A stretch of 64,000 nucleotides of DNA, from assembly GCA_002269645.1 (NCBI GenBank), contig NIVC01000957.1, positions 62,001 through 126,000 of the forward strand, given 5' to 3'. The notes under the pieces are model-generated. The model saw nothing but the letters and a program-made list of their open reading frames with translations. It was not told where the DNA came from and searched no databases. The stretch is from Macrostomum lignano. Lineage: Eukaryota. Position numbers and translations under genes: made by a program. Shown here one piece after another: positions 32,628-44,300 of this stretch. Numbering within the stretch: the first letter of the stretch is position 1; each line of letters starts with the position of its first letter.

Positions 32628-33868
32628 ATGCCGATTATTTTCGAAAAAGACATTGGCAAATACTATGACAAAGAAGTGTCACGATGTTGGCGTAGCGGCT
32701 AACTATGGCTATGACCCTTAAAAGGGCCGTTTTGACGAGAGTTGTAGCGAGTCGTAGTCTCAAAATAATTTGAAGTCAACTTATTGTAAAGCGGATTTTG
32801 TAGCGGAGCACTTGGCGATAAAGGCAGGAACTGCCGTAGTTGTTTTTATTGTTAATATCAATATTAGGCTTGGTTAGGACTGTCAATGCACAGACTATGG
32901 CTTTCTGGGCACTGGCGGCGGCAACAACGGGTTGAATATAATTTGGATATGAAGTCAAGTGACAGGCGGATGATGCAATGACGACGTAACGTGGTGAGCA
33001 GTGGCAATGAGCACAGTGGAGGCAGTGAGTAGCAGTGGCGAGAGTGGCGTCAGCCGTGGCGTGAGACAGTCAAGTAAGCGTGTGAGTAGGCTGGCCCAGA
33101 CGGAGGGGCCGTGGCGAGAAATAAGGAGGCTCGAGACAGCCAGACAGAGAGAACGAGGCAGGCACAAGGCCAAGGACCAGAACAGACAGGAACAGACAAG
33201 AACCGATAAGTGAGGAGTGCCCGCCGCCAGGCGGGGGGTTAATAAAGGAGGGCAGAGGGGGTAGCGCGAAGCACGAGCGGTTTTCATTGGCTGGCGAGAG
33301 AACTTAAAATTATTGATCGTGCCAATTTTATACGGTCGCGAGAGAGGATAGCAAAATATACAGTAAATTACAAATTGCCACAAAATCGTTGGGCACTACT
33401 ACAAGTAAACGTCGCAATAAACAAATGGAAAAGTTTAGTTGAAACGGTGAAACTGAAGGGTTGAAACTATAGAGAAACAGCAGTCCAACGGCCCTTTTCG
33501 GGGCCACCTCAAACTGGCAACGTCACAAGGAACTTAATCTTATTAAACGCGGATCTGGACTTTTCCCTGCAGGCTACTATCCAAGAAAAGAACGCTCTGG
33601 GAATGGCCTTGCCGATTTGATCGCTCAGGGGGCCAAGATTTTTAAGGTCATTGGAGAGAACAAAGAGAACATCAAGAACTTTGCCGAAGCGGCTGGCAGT
33701 GTAGCCACAGCAGCCAAAAAGATAAAGGATACTGTAACACCTAAACAAGAGATTCAACCGCTGGCCCCGCTGGCTCCACTGGCCCCAAATCCAGACAGTG
33801 TGGACCCTGCAGTCTATGAGAAGATGAGAGCTAGCATTAAAAAAGGAAGTGGTTTCAAATTTGACTAA
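32628..33868 (+). pseudogene. Small core/cement-like virion protein split by an L1 insertion (32628..32676 + 33528..33868)
   Basis: Excision gives MPIIFEKDIGKYYDKEEELNLIKRGSGLF...RSGNGLADLIAQG... in frame. The GSG/GNG motifs resemble adenain-type cleavage sites of Polinton core proteins. Confidence 0.55.
32677..33527 (-). mobile_element. Second, diverged copy of solo-LTR family L1 (851 bp)
   Basis: Reverse complement begins TGTGACGTTGCCAGTT and ends GTGACA, colinear with 8930-9784. No clear TSD. Confidence 0.85.
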
Positions 33869-33917
33869 AGGGTACTTTCCGAGGGTACAAGAAATGTAAA
33901 GGTATAAGACTAGACCC

Positions 33918-34055
33918 AAAATGACACATCCAAGTCCCAAAATGACACATCTAAGTCCCAAAATGACACATCTAAGTCCTGAAACGACACAATTAAGTCC
34001 CGAAACGACACAATTAAGTCCCAAAATGACACATCCAAGTCCCAAAATGACACAT
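33918..34055 (+). repeat. 21-bp minisatellite (~6.5 units) upstream of the ATPase
   Basis: AAAATGACACATCCAAGTCCC and GAAACGACACAATTAAGTCCC variants. Confidence 0.92.
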
Positions 34056-34101
34056 CTTCTAAATGATTTATTATTTAAAAAAAAATTCATCATAGAAAAA
34101 A

Positions 34102-34902
34102 ATGGACTTTTCAAGCGACTTCAATCCTCACTGGACGCGTAATCAGGTTAAGTTTTCTCATCACGAGTCAATCCCGAGTAACTTCAGATGCATTGTTGTT
34201 GGTTCATCAGGTTCAGGTAAAACATTCAGAGTCTTTAACATGCTTCTTAGACCTGGCTTTATCCACTATGACACTCTGCACATCTACTCTCCCACACTGT
34301 ATCAAGATGAGTATAAAATGCTGATTTCTGGATTGCAAAACAAACTGAACAAAGAGGACATTATTCAATGTTTTAATAACCAACAAAACCTTCCCAGTAA
34401 CCCAGAAAATGTTGCTGCCGAATATGCAAAGCACCTCAAAGACAATGAAAAATGGCAGAACATTAAAGTGTTCACCTATGGAGATCCACAGGTTGATCCA
34501 AAGACCAAACTTCTACCCCATCCAGATGAGCTAGAAAAGGGGAGAAAGCATTTAATCGTCTTTGATGATTGTATGACAGGCCCACAGAAGCAGATAGAAA
34601 ACTATTTTACAAGAGGACGACATAACAATTGTAATGTAATTTACATTGCACAGAATTGGTTCGAGCTCCCGAACAAAACAATTCGTGGGAACTGCAATCT
34701 GATTCTCCTGTTTCCAACCATTCCTCAGGACAGAATAAAAAGATTTTACAATGAGGTCATTGCGCCTGCCTATTTTATAAATCCAACAAAAAACTCAAAC
34801 AGAAAGATTTCACAGGAGGAATTCGTTAACCTCTGCTACGAAAAGTGGAACCAGCCTTATCAGTTTGTCATGATCAACAAGGAAAAAAAGATTCTGATTT
34901 AA
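34102..34902 (+). CDS. A32/FtsK-like DNA packaging ATPase (Polinton)
   Basis: CIVVGSSGSGKT (Walker A), LIVFDDC (Walker B), YFTRGRHNNCNVIYIAQNWF signature. Intact, 266 aa. Confidence 0.93.
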   Translation: MDFSSDFNPHWTRNQVKFSHHESIPSNFRCIVVGSSGSGKTFRVFNMLLRPGFIHYDTLHIYSPTLYQDEYKMLISGLQNKLNKEDIIQCFNNQQNLPSNPENVAAEYAKHLKDNEKWQNIKVFTYGDPQVDPKTKLLPHPDELEKGRKHLIVFDDCMTGPQKQIENYFTRGRHNNCNVIYIAQNWFELPNKTIRGNCNLILLFPTIPQDRIKRFYNEVIAPAYFINPTKNSNRKISQEEFVNLCYEKWNQPYQFVMINKEKKILI

Positions 34903-35717
34903 ATTCTGTCAATAAAAATGTCTTTTATTTTGCAGGTGAATCCATTTCTGGCAACAGCGCTCTTACATCAGCTCAAATATTTATCCTTGACAGGAGATAC
35001 ATCAACAGCGACGAAAAGATCACAGAGATCAAACTGAATAAAAACAGACTGAAGCAATTAGAGCGCTCCATGCACCAGTTGCAAATGAACATGGAAGATC
35101 TCAGGCTTAAAGTAGCTAGACAGAAGTTTGAAAGTGATAAGCTTTATGTGCCGTTGTTAAACGCAACTAATGTACTAAGATCAGAAATAACTTCGATAGT
35201 CTCGCTAATCAACAGCTTGAGATCATCAGTTAATCTTCTGGGAAATTCCACTGATAGACGGATGCGTATTCTTGAAGGAGGAGTTTTCACAAACACAGTT
35301 AAAGTCAATAATTTAGAAGAGTTCATGAACCAGTCAACATCGTTGCATAATAGAATTAAAGAAATACTTGAAGCATTGGAGAGAAACGATGTATCACACA
35401 GTAGCTATCTAAACGGAATGTATAGCTCCTGGGGTAAAATACTAAGGAGGCTTAATCGCCTGGAGAGAGCACTCAATCTTCGTGATATTGCTATTGATGA
35501 AGCAGAATCTACTGCTCGTCCGGTCATTTCTGCAGATCGAGTCCGAGCTGACGGTGGAGCTCTGCACCCCGCCGGAGTAATTCGGCGCACTCTCAAACGT
35601 CAGCCGCCCAGCCGCTGCCTGCTGGACTCGCGATCCTCCGGCGTCAAGAGAGCCGCCGAGACAACCAGCGGCGCAGATGAAATTATCAAAAAGAAAACAG
35701 ATCTTTCAACCGGGTAG
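34845..35717 (+). CDS. Unknown coiled-coil-rich Polinton protein
   Basis: 290-aa ORF with heptad-like Leu/Glu/Arg runs. The true start is uncertain. Confidence 0.45.
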   Translation: MEPALSVCHDQQGKKDSDLNSVNKNVFYFAGESISGNSALTSAQIFILDRRYINSDEKITEIKLNKNRLKQLERSMHQLQMNMEDLRLKVARQKFESDKLYVPLLNATNVLRSEITSIVSLINSLRSSVNLLGNSTDRRMRILEGGVFTNTVKVNNLEEFMNQSTSLHNRIKEILEALERNDVSHSSYLNGMYSSWGKILRRLNRLERALNLRDIAIDEAESTARPVISADRVRADGGALHPAGVIRRTLKRQPPSRCLLDSRSSGVKRAAETTSGADEIIKKKTDLSTG

Positions 35718-36266
35718 TTTTGTAATTTTTTTATTTTTTCTAGGGAAAAACTGGCCCAACAAAATTGATTATACGATCAGTCTGAACCTAAAATACCGAC
35801 AGCACCAAACCCAATGGCACCGAATTCGAACACACAAAAGTAGAAGGCATGAGGGGGCTTTTGGGACAAAATTTTTCACATCCTTCATAATCCCATTAAA
35901 TCCATCCATATTATCCCTGACAGAATCAGAGCATAACAGGTGTCCTACTTGCTCCGAAAACTTCGAACATAATCCCATTAAATTCATCCATATTATTCCT
36001 GAATCAGAGCATAACAGGTGTCGCACTCGCTCACAAAACGTCATCCATAATCCTCCTAACCTATCCTCCTTCCTCCACGACAGAATCAGAGCATAACAGG
36101 TGTCCTACATAATCCACTGACATCCACCCATAGCAGCTTTGAAACAATCAGAAAATAATCTGCATTCTTCTCCCCACATTCAATTCGCAACGTGCTACCA
36201 GATCCCAAAGACTTTAAATTATCAACGCAGGGTCCTTACTCTTTGAAAAAAAAATTTTCTCTAAAA

Positions 36267-36683
36267 ATGCTTCCAATCGTTTCTCCAGGTTCTTATTACA
36301 AAGCGCACGAGCCTAATTACAAGAGTAAGTACCGATGCAAACTAGAATGCAGCAAATACATGAGAAAATATTGGCCTGGCGTTGATATCAATGTCCCTAA
36401 TATTAATCTAGCTCCCCAAAGACACTGGTTTCATAAGTATGGAGTAGTTATTAACGATTACGACAACTACTATAACTTTGCAAAGGCAACTTCAGTGTAT
36501 GCTATAGCACTCTTGCATGGTAAATCCAATACAACAACCTCAAAATTCTGGGCAACTACAGAGCCTTGCATTTGCAGAAGACAGAATAACAATATAAAGC
36601 AGCTGGTGTCAGTGTCGATCGCGCGAAAGCTACTGTATCTATTGTATAATACACTGAGAAAAATTCCTAGAGCCATATCTTAG
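36267..36683 (+). CDS. Subterminal small unknown ORF (target gene of the YR element), copy B
   Basis: MLPIVSPGSYY...KYRCKLECSKYMRKYWPGVDINVPNINLAPQRHWFHKYGV. Homologs at 52069-52341 and in copies A and D. Confidence 0.55.
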   Translation: MLPIVSPGSYYKAHEPNYKSKYRCKLECSKYMRKYWPGVDINVPNINLAPQRHWFHKYGVVINDYDNYYNFAKATSVYAIALLHGKSNTTTSKFWATTEPCICRRQNNNIKQLVSVSIARKLLYLLYNTLRKIPRAIS

Positions 36684-36800
36684 AGTAGAGCTTAGTATTG
36701 AGCAGAGCTCTACCTACTAAAGAACTACTGATTCCCGATTCAGTATCCATATACGTGCTAAATATTTTTTTAATCTGCAAGGTAATAGTTATTAATACAT

Positions 36801-37430
36801 TTGCTTATACTAGTTCTGCTTTTTTTGCCTACATTTGAGGATGATTTGGTTGCTCTAGTAAGGAGGATGTGCGAGAGTGATGACATGAAGCAATCGAAGT
36901 ATTGGATTGAGGAATTTAACAAAGTTGCGAGGCGATTCAATAAGTGTGTGATTAATCTACCATCTATCACTGGTAGGGTGAAAGGAATTGACGAACGAAA
37001 GAAGTTGGAGCACATCAATGAGGCTGCAAACTTACTCCGTGATTCACTTGCTCGTGTCATTCCACAACCGGCTGTGGAATTTGTCTCTGGGAGGCACGAC
37101 ATTGCAGATGTTGTGAATGAGCACAACAAAATTGACAAAATGATAAATGAACTACAAAATCAAGGACTTCAATACGGAATAAAGGCTAGAAAAATTCTGA
37201 TCCGCATGAAGCTCGTACTGTCTGCTGAGGAATATAGAGCGTTTGCCATGAAGCTTCAATTTAAGCCGGTTTGGGGGAATTTCTTAATCCGGGTGGCAAG
37301 ACTCAGCAACACTCGCCCTATTCTAAATCGTTGTGGCATCTCGCTGTATCGACTGCGCTCAATAATTAAGTATGCCGATGAGGCATTGAAGATGCTAGAA
37401 GAAGAAGAGGCCAGTGCACTCCTGGGTTAA
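36801..37430 (+). CDS. Unknown Polinton-associated helical protein (family X, copy 2)
   Basis: 209-aa ORF ending ...VARLSNTRPILNRCGISLYRLRSIIKYADEAL. Confidence 0.6.
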   Translation: MLILVLLFLPTFEDDLVALVRRMCESDDMKQSKYWIEEFNKVARRFNKCVINLPSITGRVKGIDERKKLEHINEAANLLRDSLARVIPQPAVEFVSGRHDIADVVNEHNKIDKMINELQNQGLQYGIKARKILIRMKLVLSAEEYRAFAMKLQFKPVWGNFLIRVARLSNTRPILNRCGISLYRLRSIIKYADEALKMLEEEEASALLG

Positions 37431-37711
37431 CTAATCTGCTGTGACTAATGACTCTTGCTGCTATGACTCTTGCTTTTTCACATAAAAAACTTTTCACACT
37501 GAATACTGCAGTATCTGCTGCTTTTCACATTGAATACTTTTCACATTGAATACTGCAGCATCTGCGGCACATTGAGTATAGGATAATGGTTGACAAGAAA
37601 CAGCTGCCATATCCGTTCCGCTCAAAACCCACCCACCACGCGGCAAAATGTCATAAGGAAAATATAGCCGAACTTTACAAGCTTTCTTTCCAACCGCTTG
37701 AGCCACTTGAA

Positions 37712-38182
37712 TCATTCTGCTCTCTCAACCCACAGCTCTTTCAGCAGTCTTCCTAGCTCTTTACTTGGCGTGTGCAATACAAAGCCCACCCCGCCCTCTC
37801 TCCCCGTACACCCACCTTCGCCTTCAACCCCCAACCCCAACTTTACCTTACCAAAAATAACAGCTTTAACTAGCTTCCGAGCGATCGATTCCCTCCACCC
37901 GCTTGAATTCCCTATATTGTCTAATCTCTTAAGCATTTCTTTGTCCCAACGATTCTTCTCCTCAGGAAAATCTCTATATTTAACATCGTGCCACATGCAG
38001 ACAGAGTCTAGCTCATTCACAGGCTCGTGCCCAGGATTTGGATTATTGTTTTTATCTAACTGTATTTCAAGTGGATTCAAAGGCCCGCAATATTTGTACC
38101 CGAGAACTGTCCAGCCTTTGTTTGGATGAGGAAGCTTTTCTATCAGTCCATGTGAATCTAACTTACCACCAGAGCGTTGCAT
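37712..38182 (-). CDS. Parvovirus VP1u-like phospholipase A2 domain protein
   Basis: GYKYCGPLNPL (Ca-binding loop), PVNELDSVCMWHDVKY (catalytic HD), then WD. The frame is intact. Confidence 0.88.
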   Translation of the reverse strand: MQRSGGKLDSHGLIEKLPHPNKGWTVLGYKYCGPLNPLEIQLDKNNNPNPGHEPVNELDSVCMWHDVKYRDFPEEKNRWDKEMLKRLDNIGNSSGWRESIARKLVKAVIFGKVKLGLGVEGEGGCTGREGGVGFVLHTPSKELGRLLKELWVERAE

Positions 38183-38212
38183 TATTTTATTTAAAATTTT
38201 CTTTTTGAAAAA

Positions 38213-39207
38213 ATGACAGATCAGAAACTAAAAAACTCTACTACAGCGACAAAGGATTCTTTTTAGGAAAAAATGCAGTAACCAAACTCGCAGAACTAAG
38301 TAAGGAACCAAAAGCTACAGTAGAAAAGTGGCTCTCTAAGCAGGCTGTCTTTCAAGTCTATTTCCCACCAGTTCAATTTACAAGACCTCATTTTAACATC
38401 TATAAACCTAACGAGGCACAACAAGCAGACCTTTTGTTTCTCCCCAATGACTCAGGCTACAAGTATGCTCTCACAATTATAGACATTGCCTCCAGATATA
38501 AGGAAACAAGACCGCTTAAGACGTAGAAGTCAGAAGCAGTTGCAGCCGCACTCCAAGATATTTATAAAAACTCACCCCTTAGTTACCCTGAAATCTTTAT
38601 GACCGACCCAGGTAAAGAATTCTATGGGGCAGTCAAATCCCTTATGGAAAAGAAAAATACAGAGATTCGCTACGGAAGAACTGAGCTCCACAGAGACCAG
38701 GCTTTTGTGGAAAGATTCAATCTAACTCTAGCCAAGAGACTATTCACTAAGCAGACAGCAGAGGAGCTGAAACTAAAAAGTGGCCAATACTATACAAAAT
38801 GGACAGAACGCCTCCCCACTGTTATAGAGCAACTGAACAATGAAGTCACACACATGACTGGATTGAAACCGTCCCATGCAATTAAACAAGACACTGTCGA
38901 ACTTAAGGCATCTCATAAAACAGACACCTCGAACTACCCTAAGCTTCCAGGAGTTGAATCACCATACATACTGACAAACTCTGAGTTTCTACGCTTTTTA
39001 TATCTACCTGGAGAGCTAGAGAAAGACACCAAAAGAAGAGCTACAGATCCATACTTCAGCCTTGATGTAAATAAAATAGACAGACATTTTACTTCCGACT
39101 CCGGTGACTATTACTTTTTATCTCAGGCTTTTAACCCTAAATCCCCCACGCGATCATTCACTAGAGCTGAACTCCTAGTGATACCAGCTGACACGGAAAT
39201 TAATTAA
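38213..39207 (+). pseudogene. Polinton retroviral-type (rve) integrase, copy B
   Basis: QADLLF / TDPGKEF / VERFNLTL DDE triad and KRRATDPYFS C-terminal motif. TAG at 38524 and an early frameshift in the A run. Confidence 0.9.
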
Positions 39208-39223
39208 ACTATTAAAATAAAAA

Positions 39224-39676
39224 ATGACAAAGATTGAAACTAGAACCATCAATAAAATCAATAAAATCATTGAATCAAAGAGACCAGGTCTTATATCAAT
39301 TAAAGGTGCCAAAGTAAAAGTCGATCCCGTGCAGCAAATAGTTCAGTGTAATGAGCAAACACAGCATCACAGATGAAAGTCAGGAGGAATCCTACCATTA
39401 GCAGCTCTTATCCCAATCATTGCAGGCGCTGTAAGTGCCGCAGGTGGTGTAGCTGGAGGTGTAGCAACTGCTGTTAAAGCTGGTAATGATAGAGCCCACC
39501 AGCTAGAATTGCAAAAGATTGCAAGAGACAAAGGTATAACAATTAAGGCAGGAGAGGGCTGCCCTGATTGTGATGATCGTGATGATTGTGAGCATGAAAA
39601 TTCTGTAAGCAAGTCTGACATTGTCAAAGCCATCATGACACTGCACAATGCTGGGTTTACAATAATGCGCATGTGA
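39224..39676 (+). pseudogene. Membrane-active/cement-type virion protein (KSGGILPLAALIP motif) with in-frame TGA at 39374
   Basis: Translates as MTKIETRTIN...HHR*KSGGILPLAALIPIIAGAVSAAGGVAGGVATAVK. A GG-followed amphipathic hydrophobic helix is typical of Polinton/adintovirus small virion proteins. The ORF track shows only its antisense shadow. Confidence 0.65.
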
Positions 39677-39799
39677 TGAGGTTTAAAACCTCACTTTGTC
39701 CAGCTTCATAAACCTAACGCTACTTATAGGATGTAGAAACAGTTAAACTTATCTATCAGGGTGGTAACCCTCAAAAATTTTTTTTATTTTAGAGAAAAA

Positions 39800-41110
39800 A
39801 TGCCAAAAGCCAATCCAGCAAAAGATTTGGTCAACAAATATTTTTCAAAAGGCGTCTCATTTCAAGACAAAAGTAATTCACTAAGAGAAGCATGTAAACA
39901 AAGGTTTAACACTGACCCTGGTCACCTGGGAAGCTATGAAAAACAGTTGGAAATCATCAATCAATTAGAATCCAACCAGTATGCGCCTATAAAAAATCCT
40001 GCAAAGGAACACCAAGAGAGGAGTCGCAACTTAGTTAACAAATACGAAACTCTCACTGGTGAATAAGCAAAGTACCCACAAAATAAGCAGGAACAAGAGA
40101 AATTAGAGCAATTAGTCCATTAAAAGAGTTGGAGCTTGCCACTGAAGAGATTAATTTTGCACAGAGGAAGTTTACAGAACATTACATAGAGTACACAATC
40201 CCAATTAACGACACCAACGGCACCAACCAAATTACTGACACCAACGGCACCACCGCAAACATCTACGACTATAAAGACAGCATCCAATCAGTTGTTGATC
40301 ACACCACACACTCAAAACACGCAAGACCTTTAAACTACAGATATCATTCAAGATTGCGTTTTATATGCCTGCAAAACCCACAGAGCATCTCGAGTATTAC
40401 ATGACAACAAAGGCGAAGCCATTCACCCCAACAGACACACTGGATCCTTTCCTTCAAGATGTCACTAAGAAAATTGAAGCGTTTACATCCAGAGGTTCCG
40501 GATGGGTCGTAGGAGGGATTCAAAGAGCGACTGTCATGGTCATGAAATATGACCCACTTAAAGCCTCCTCTTATATAGAGATCCCGCATAAGCTAGCTGG
40601 CAAAAAAGCTTGCATAAATGTTAAAAATAAAGACAATTGCTGTGCTCTATGGGCAGTTCTTTCTGCACTTCTTCATGATAGTGTCCCTCACCACCCCGAA
40701 AGAACCTCAAATTATCAAAATTATTTCAACTACTATCTCATCGAATGCGAAAAGAAGGGAATCAGGTTTGACAAAGGAGGCTTGGCGATCTCTCAGATCC
40801 CTAAGCTAGAAGAAGTGTTTAATAACAAAATTAGAATCACAGTCTTTGAGTGGAGTGAGAAAACTGAGAAAGTTCAACCGGTCAGATGTAGCAAAGACGT
40901 TATAGATCCTGAGGGGAAAAGGCGGACTGAAGTGGATCTTCTAGTGGTTGGTAATTTACTAGAGGAGGCTCACTATGTTTGGATTAAAGATCTTTCAAGA
41001 CTCATTCACAAGCAGTTGAATAATCATCACGAGGCTGTTGCCATCTGTCGCTTGTGCCTTAAGCATTACAGTGGACCTGAACGCTTTGAAAAACTAGAAG
41101 AGCATGAATT
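39800..41110 (+). pseudogene. Protein-primed PolB N-terminal region, copy B (broken frames upstream of 40365; truncated at ~41110)
   Basis: RGSGW, YDPLKASSYIEIP, ACINVKNKDNCCALWAVLSAL, HYVWIKDLSRL and CRLCL motifs of the Polinton pPolB N-terminus. Confidence 0.85.
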
Positions 41111-41351
41111 ATCATTCATAGCAGTTTCCGCAGCAGCAGTTTCCACAACCACCACAGTTTATTCCGTACCAGCCGCAGTACCCGCCGCCGCAGTTCCCGC
41201 AGCAGCAGTTCCCGCAGCAGCACCAGAATAAGAATCAGGGAAACGGAGTAGCCGGAAGCGTAGGGGGCAGCGCTCTCCAGAAGTAGACAGTCAGCAGTCT
41301 GTAGCCTCGCAACCTGTAAATAGCAGCGATAGTTTTTCTGTAAATAGTGAA

Positions 41352-44300
41352 TTGAATATGCATGCGCAACCATTTAATCAATCATTTAATCAACCAAATA
41401 TTTATTCTCAGCACTTTTCACACGCACCACAGCAGCAATCTTGTTCTAGTAAGCTGCAAATTAAACCACAAAATTTAAGCGAACCAACTAAGAAGCAAAA
41501 TTACGATCCGTATATTACTGGCAGCATTCTAAATAAGGAGGTAGTTTATCTATTAGACACTGGCAGCAATAGGAAAATTCTAGGACGTGAAACCTGGAAA
41601 CACTTGTTCACTGGCAAGAATAGTCACTTAATTAAACAATGGAACAATAGAATCGTATCGTTCACAGAAGAGCCGATGCCAATAAAGGGCTCCGTAGTTA
41701 TTAAAGCAACATTCGGTGATTTCGAAGAAGAAATCGAGTTTCTCTTATGTGACGCAGAAGTAGACAATGTAATAGGCGTGACGTTTGTCCAACAATATTG
41801 TAATGCTATTGACTTCGAAGCAGGAATGCTAACTATGAAGCAGGGAACTAGAATTCCACTTCGTTCAACCAGAGCTAAGCCTCAGGTTAGGAGAATCTAT
41901 GTTGCAGAAAAGACGACAGTTCCAGCTAATAGTTCAGGATTAGTCAAGGTTAGATTAGCCACAGGTAGTGAAACTAATTTCGGAGTGCCGTCAGTTGTTG
42001 AGCCACTCAGATCAGGTTTGAAGACTAGAACAGAGAAAGTAACTGTAGTACCAAGCTTAGTAACTCTAAGGCAAGGAGAAGCTTATTTAGAGGTCATTAA
42101 CACCAGCTCACAGGAAGCTAAAGTTCCAGCATCAGCACTAGTAGGGATGGCTAAACCGCTTTTAGCTAGCGAATTAAACTATCTTAAAGATCAACCAGAG
42201 AAAGAGCAGTTTTGCCAAAATAGAGACACGCAGTTTTGCGAAAACATCAGACAGGTGCAAGACAAATCAGAAGATTGGATTAGTGAGATTAACATAGGAA
42301 ATGAACTGACTCAGGAGCAGAGACAGAAGGTGATCGAAGTCGTCAAGGAGCATTCAGCAGCTTTCTCGCAGCACGAGTTAGACTTAGGCAGAACGCATTT
42401 AGTCACACATGAGATTATCTTGAAGGACAACAACCCAGTTCAGATACCAGCTAGAAAGATTCCACCTCATTGGATCAAGGAGGTAGATGAGCAGTTAGAT
42501 CTCATGTTGGCTAGAGGCATCATTAGGCCTAGTTACTCGCAGTACTCGACTCCATTAGTTATAGTACCTAAGAAAGATGGTTCGCTGAGATTAGTTAACG
42601 ACTATCGAGCACTAAACAACAAATCGGAGTACTTTCCGTATCCAATAACCAATATCAACGAAACATTCTCGTGTCTCCATGGAGCCAGTCAATTCTCTAC
42701 GTTAGATCTATTCTCAGGATATTATCAGATAGCTCTTAGGGAGGAAGATAAGTGCAAAACTAGTTTTCCAACCTTACATCGAGGCTCGTTTGAATACGAA
42801 GTTTTGCCAATGGGACTGCAAGGAGCCCCAGGAGCTTTTCAAAGGTGCATGAACTTAGTTCTTAAGGACATTGCACAAAAGTTCGCCATAGCTTACTTAG
42901 ACGATGTAATAGTTTATAGTACAGACTTTGAATCTCACTTAGAACACCTGAAAGAAGTGCTCAAAAGACTAATCCAAGCTAACATGAAACTAAAAGCTAA
43001 GAAATGTCACTTTTTCAAATCAGAACTGCAATATTTAGGACACGTCATAGGCAAATCAGGAATTAAGAGAGATGCGTCAAAGTTAGAAGCGATTAGGAAC
43101 TGGCCGAAACCTAAATCTGTGACAGAGCTTCGAAGTTTTCTCGGACTCTGTAATTATTATCGGTAGCAGCACCACTCTGTGAGCTAACGAAGAAGAACAT
43201 CAAGTGTATCCAGGACAAATGGACCAGGATTCATGATGAATGCTTCGAGCTGTTGAAGGAACGGATGTGTTCCGAAGAAGTGCTTGCTTACCCAGAGTTT
43301 AATACAGACCCCCAAGTTTATTTTGTGTTAGACACTGATGCATCAGATGTCAGAATTGGGGCGGTCTTAAATCAAGTACAGAGCGACGGAGTTGAGAAAC
43401 CGATCGCGTATTATAGTCGGAAAATGAGGCAGTCAGAAAGTAGATATCCGATTACGAGGAAGGAGCTTCTAGCGATTGTTGACTCGCTGAAGTACTTCAG
43501 GTTTTACCTCGTAGGGAAACGTTTTAAGGTGCGCACTGATCACAATGCCCTAACCTGGTTGCTTCGCCAGACCGAGCAGACAGGCATTTTAGGTCGTTGG
43601 ATCGAGAGACTTAGTGAATTTGATTTTGAGATTGAGCATAGAAGTGGCCCCAAGCATGTGAATGCTGATGCTCTATCCAGGATCCCGGATCCTCAACAGG
43701 ATGAGTCATCCCCATGTGCCAGGTCGCTTAGCTGTAGGGCAACTGTGGACACAGACCCATCATTAGCTGTTACTGTGAGCTCAGGCAATTCCGCGCAAGC
43801 CGAAACCTGTAGTCTGCACAGTGGAGTTCCGTCATGCTGTTCGCCGCAGAATATGGCGCCGAACCGACACAATACTCCGAGTTTTAGTAGCAGGTTGCTA
43901 AGCAAAGGCAAGAACAGGAGCCTAAGGAAAGGTACCCGCTTTTTGCAATGCACTGCTGAGTGATTACCTTCGTAGCCCTGTGCGTCGCGAAAATTAGCCG
44001 ACCCCGCACTAAGCTATGTCAGGAATCTGATTGAATCTGACTTGCCGAAACCGAATTTTCAAGAAAGACTAGAATTGTCTCACGAGATTAGAAATCTGCT
44101 AGGTTATTTTGAACTCTTCAGGATAGAAGACGGTGTTCTTAGAAGACTTAAATTTAGGGCGGACCGAATCTAAAGTGGTGTTGCCCAAGTCTTCGGATGG
44201 TGAAGTTTTTCACGAATTCCACGATTCACCGTTAGCAGGTCATTTAGGAAGAGATAAAACTTATCAGCGAATTAAAGAAAGATTTTGGAGAGTAGGATTA

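Larger units (their letters stand above)
35839..41110 (+). mobile_element. Polinton copy B: left terminus through the pPolB N-terminus
   Basis: Begins AGTAGAAGGCATGAGGGGGCT, then subterminal repeats, small ORF, family X ORF, PLA2, integrase, membrane-active protein and pPolB. It ends abruptly at Gypsy 2 gag sequence. Confidence 0.9.

Noticed and set aside
39373-39477. 34-aa Cys/Arg-rich peptide (MKVRRNP...CSNCC) overlapping the TGA
   Set aside because: It is most simply the shifted frame of the Gly/Ala/Val-rich virion-protein sequence.
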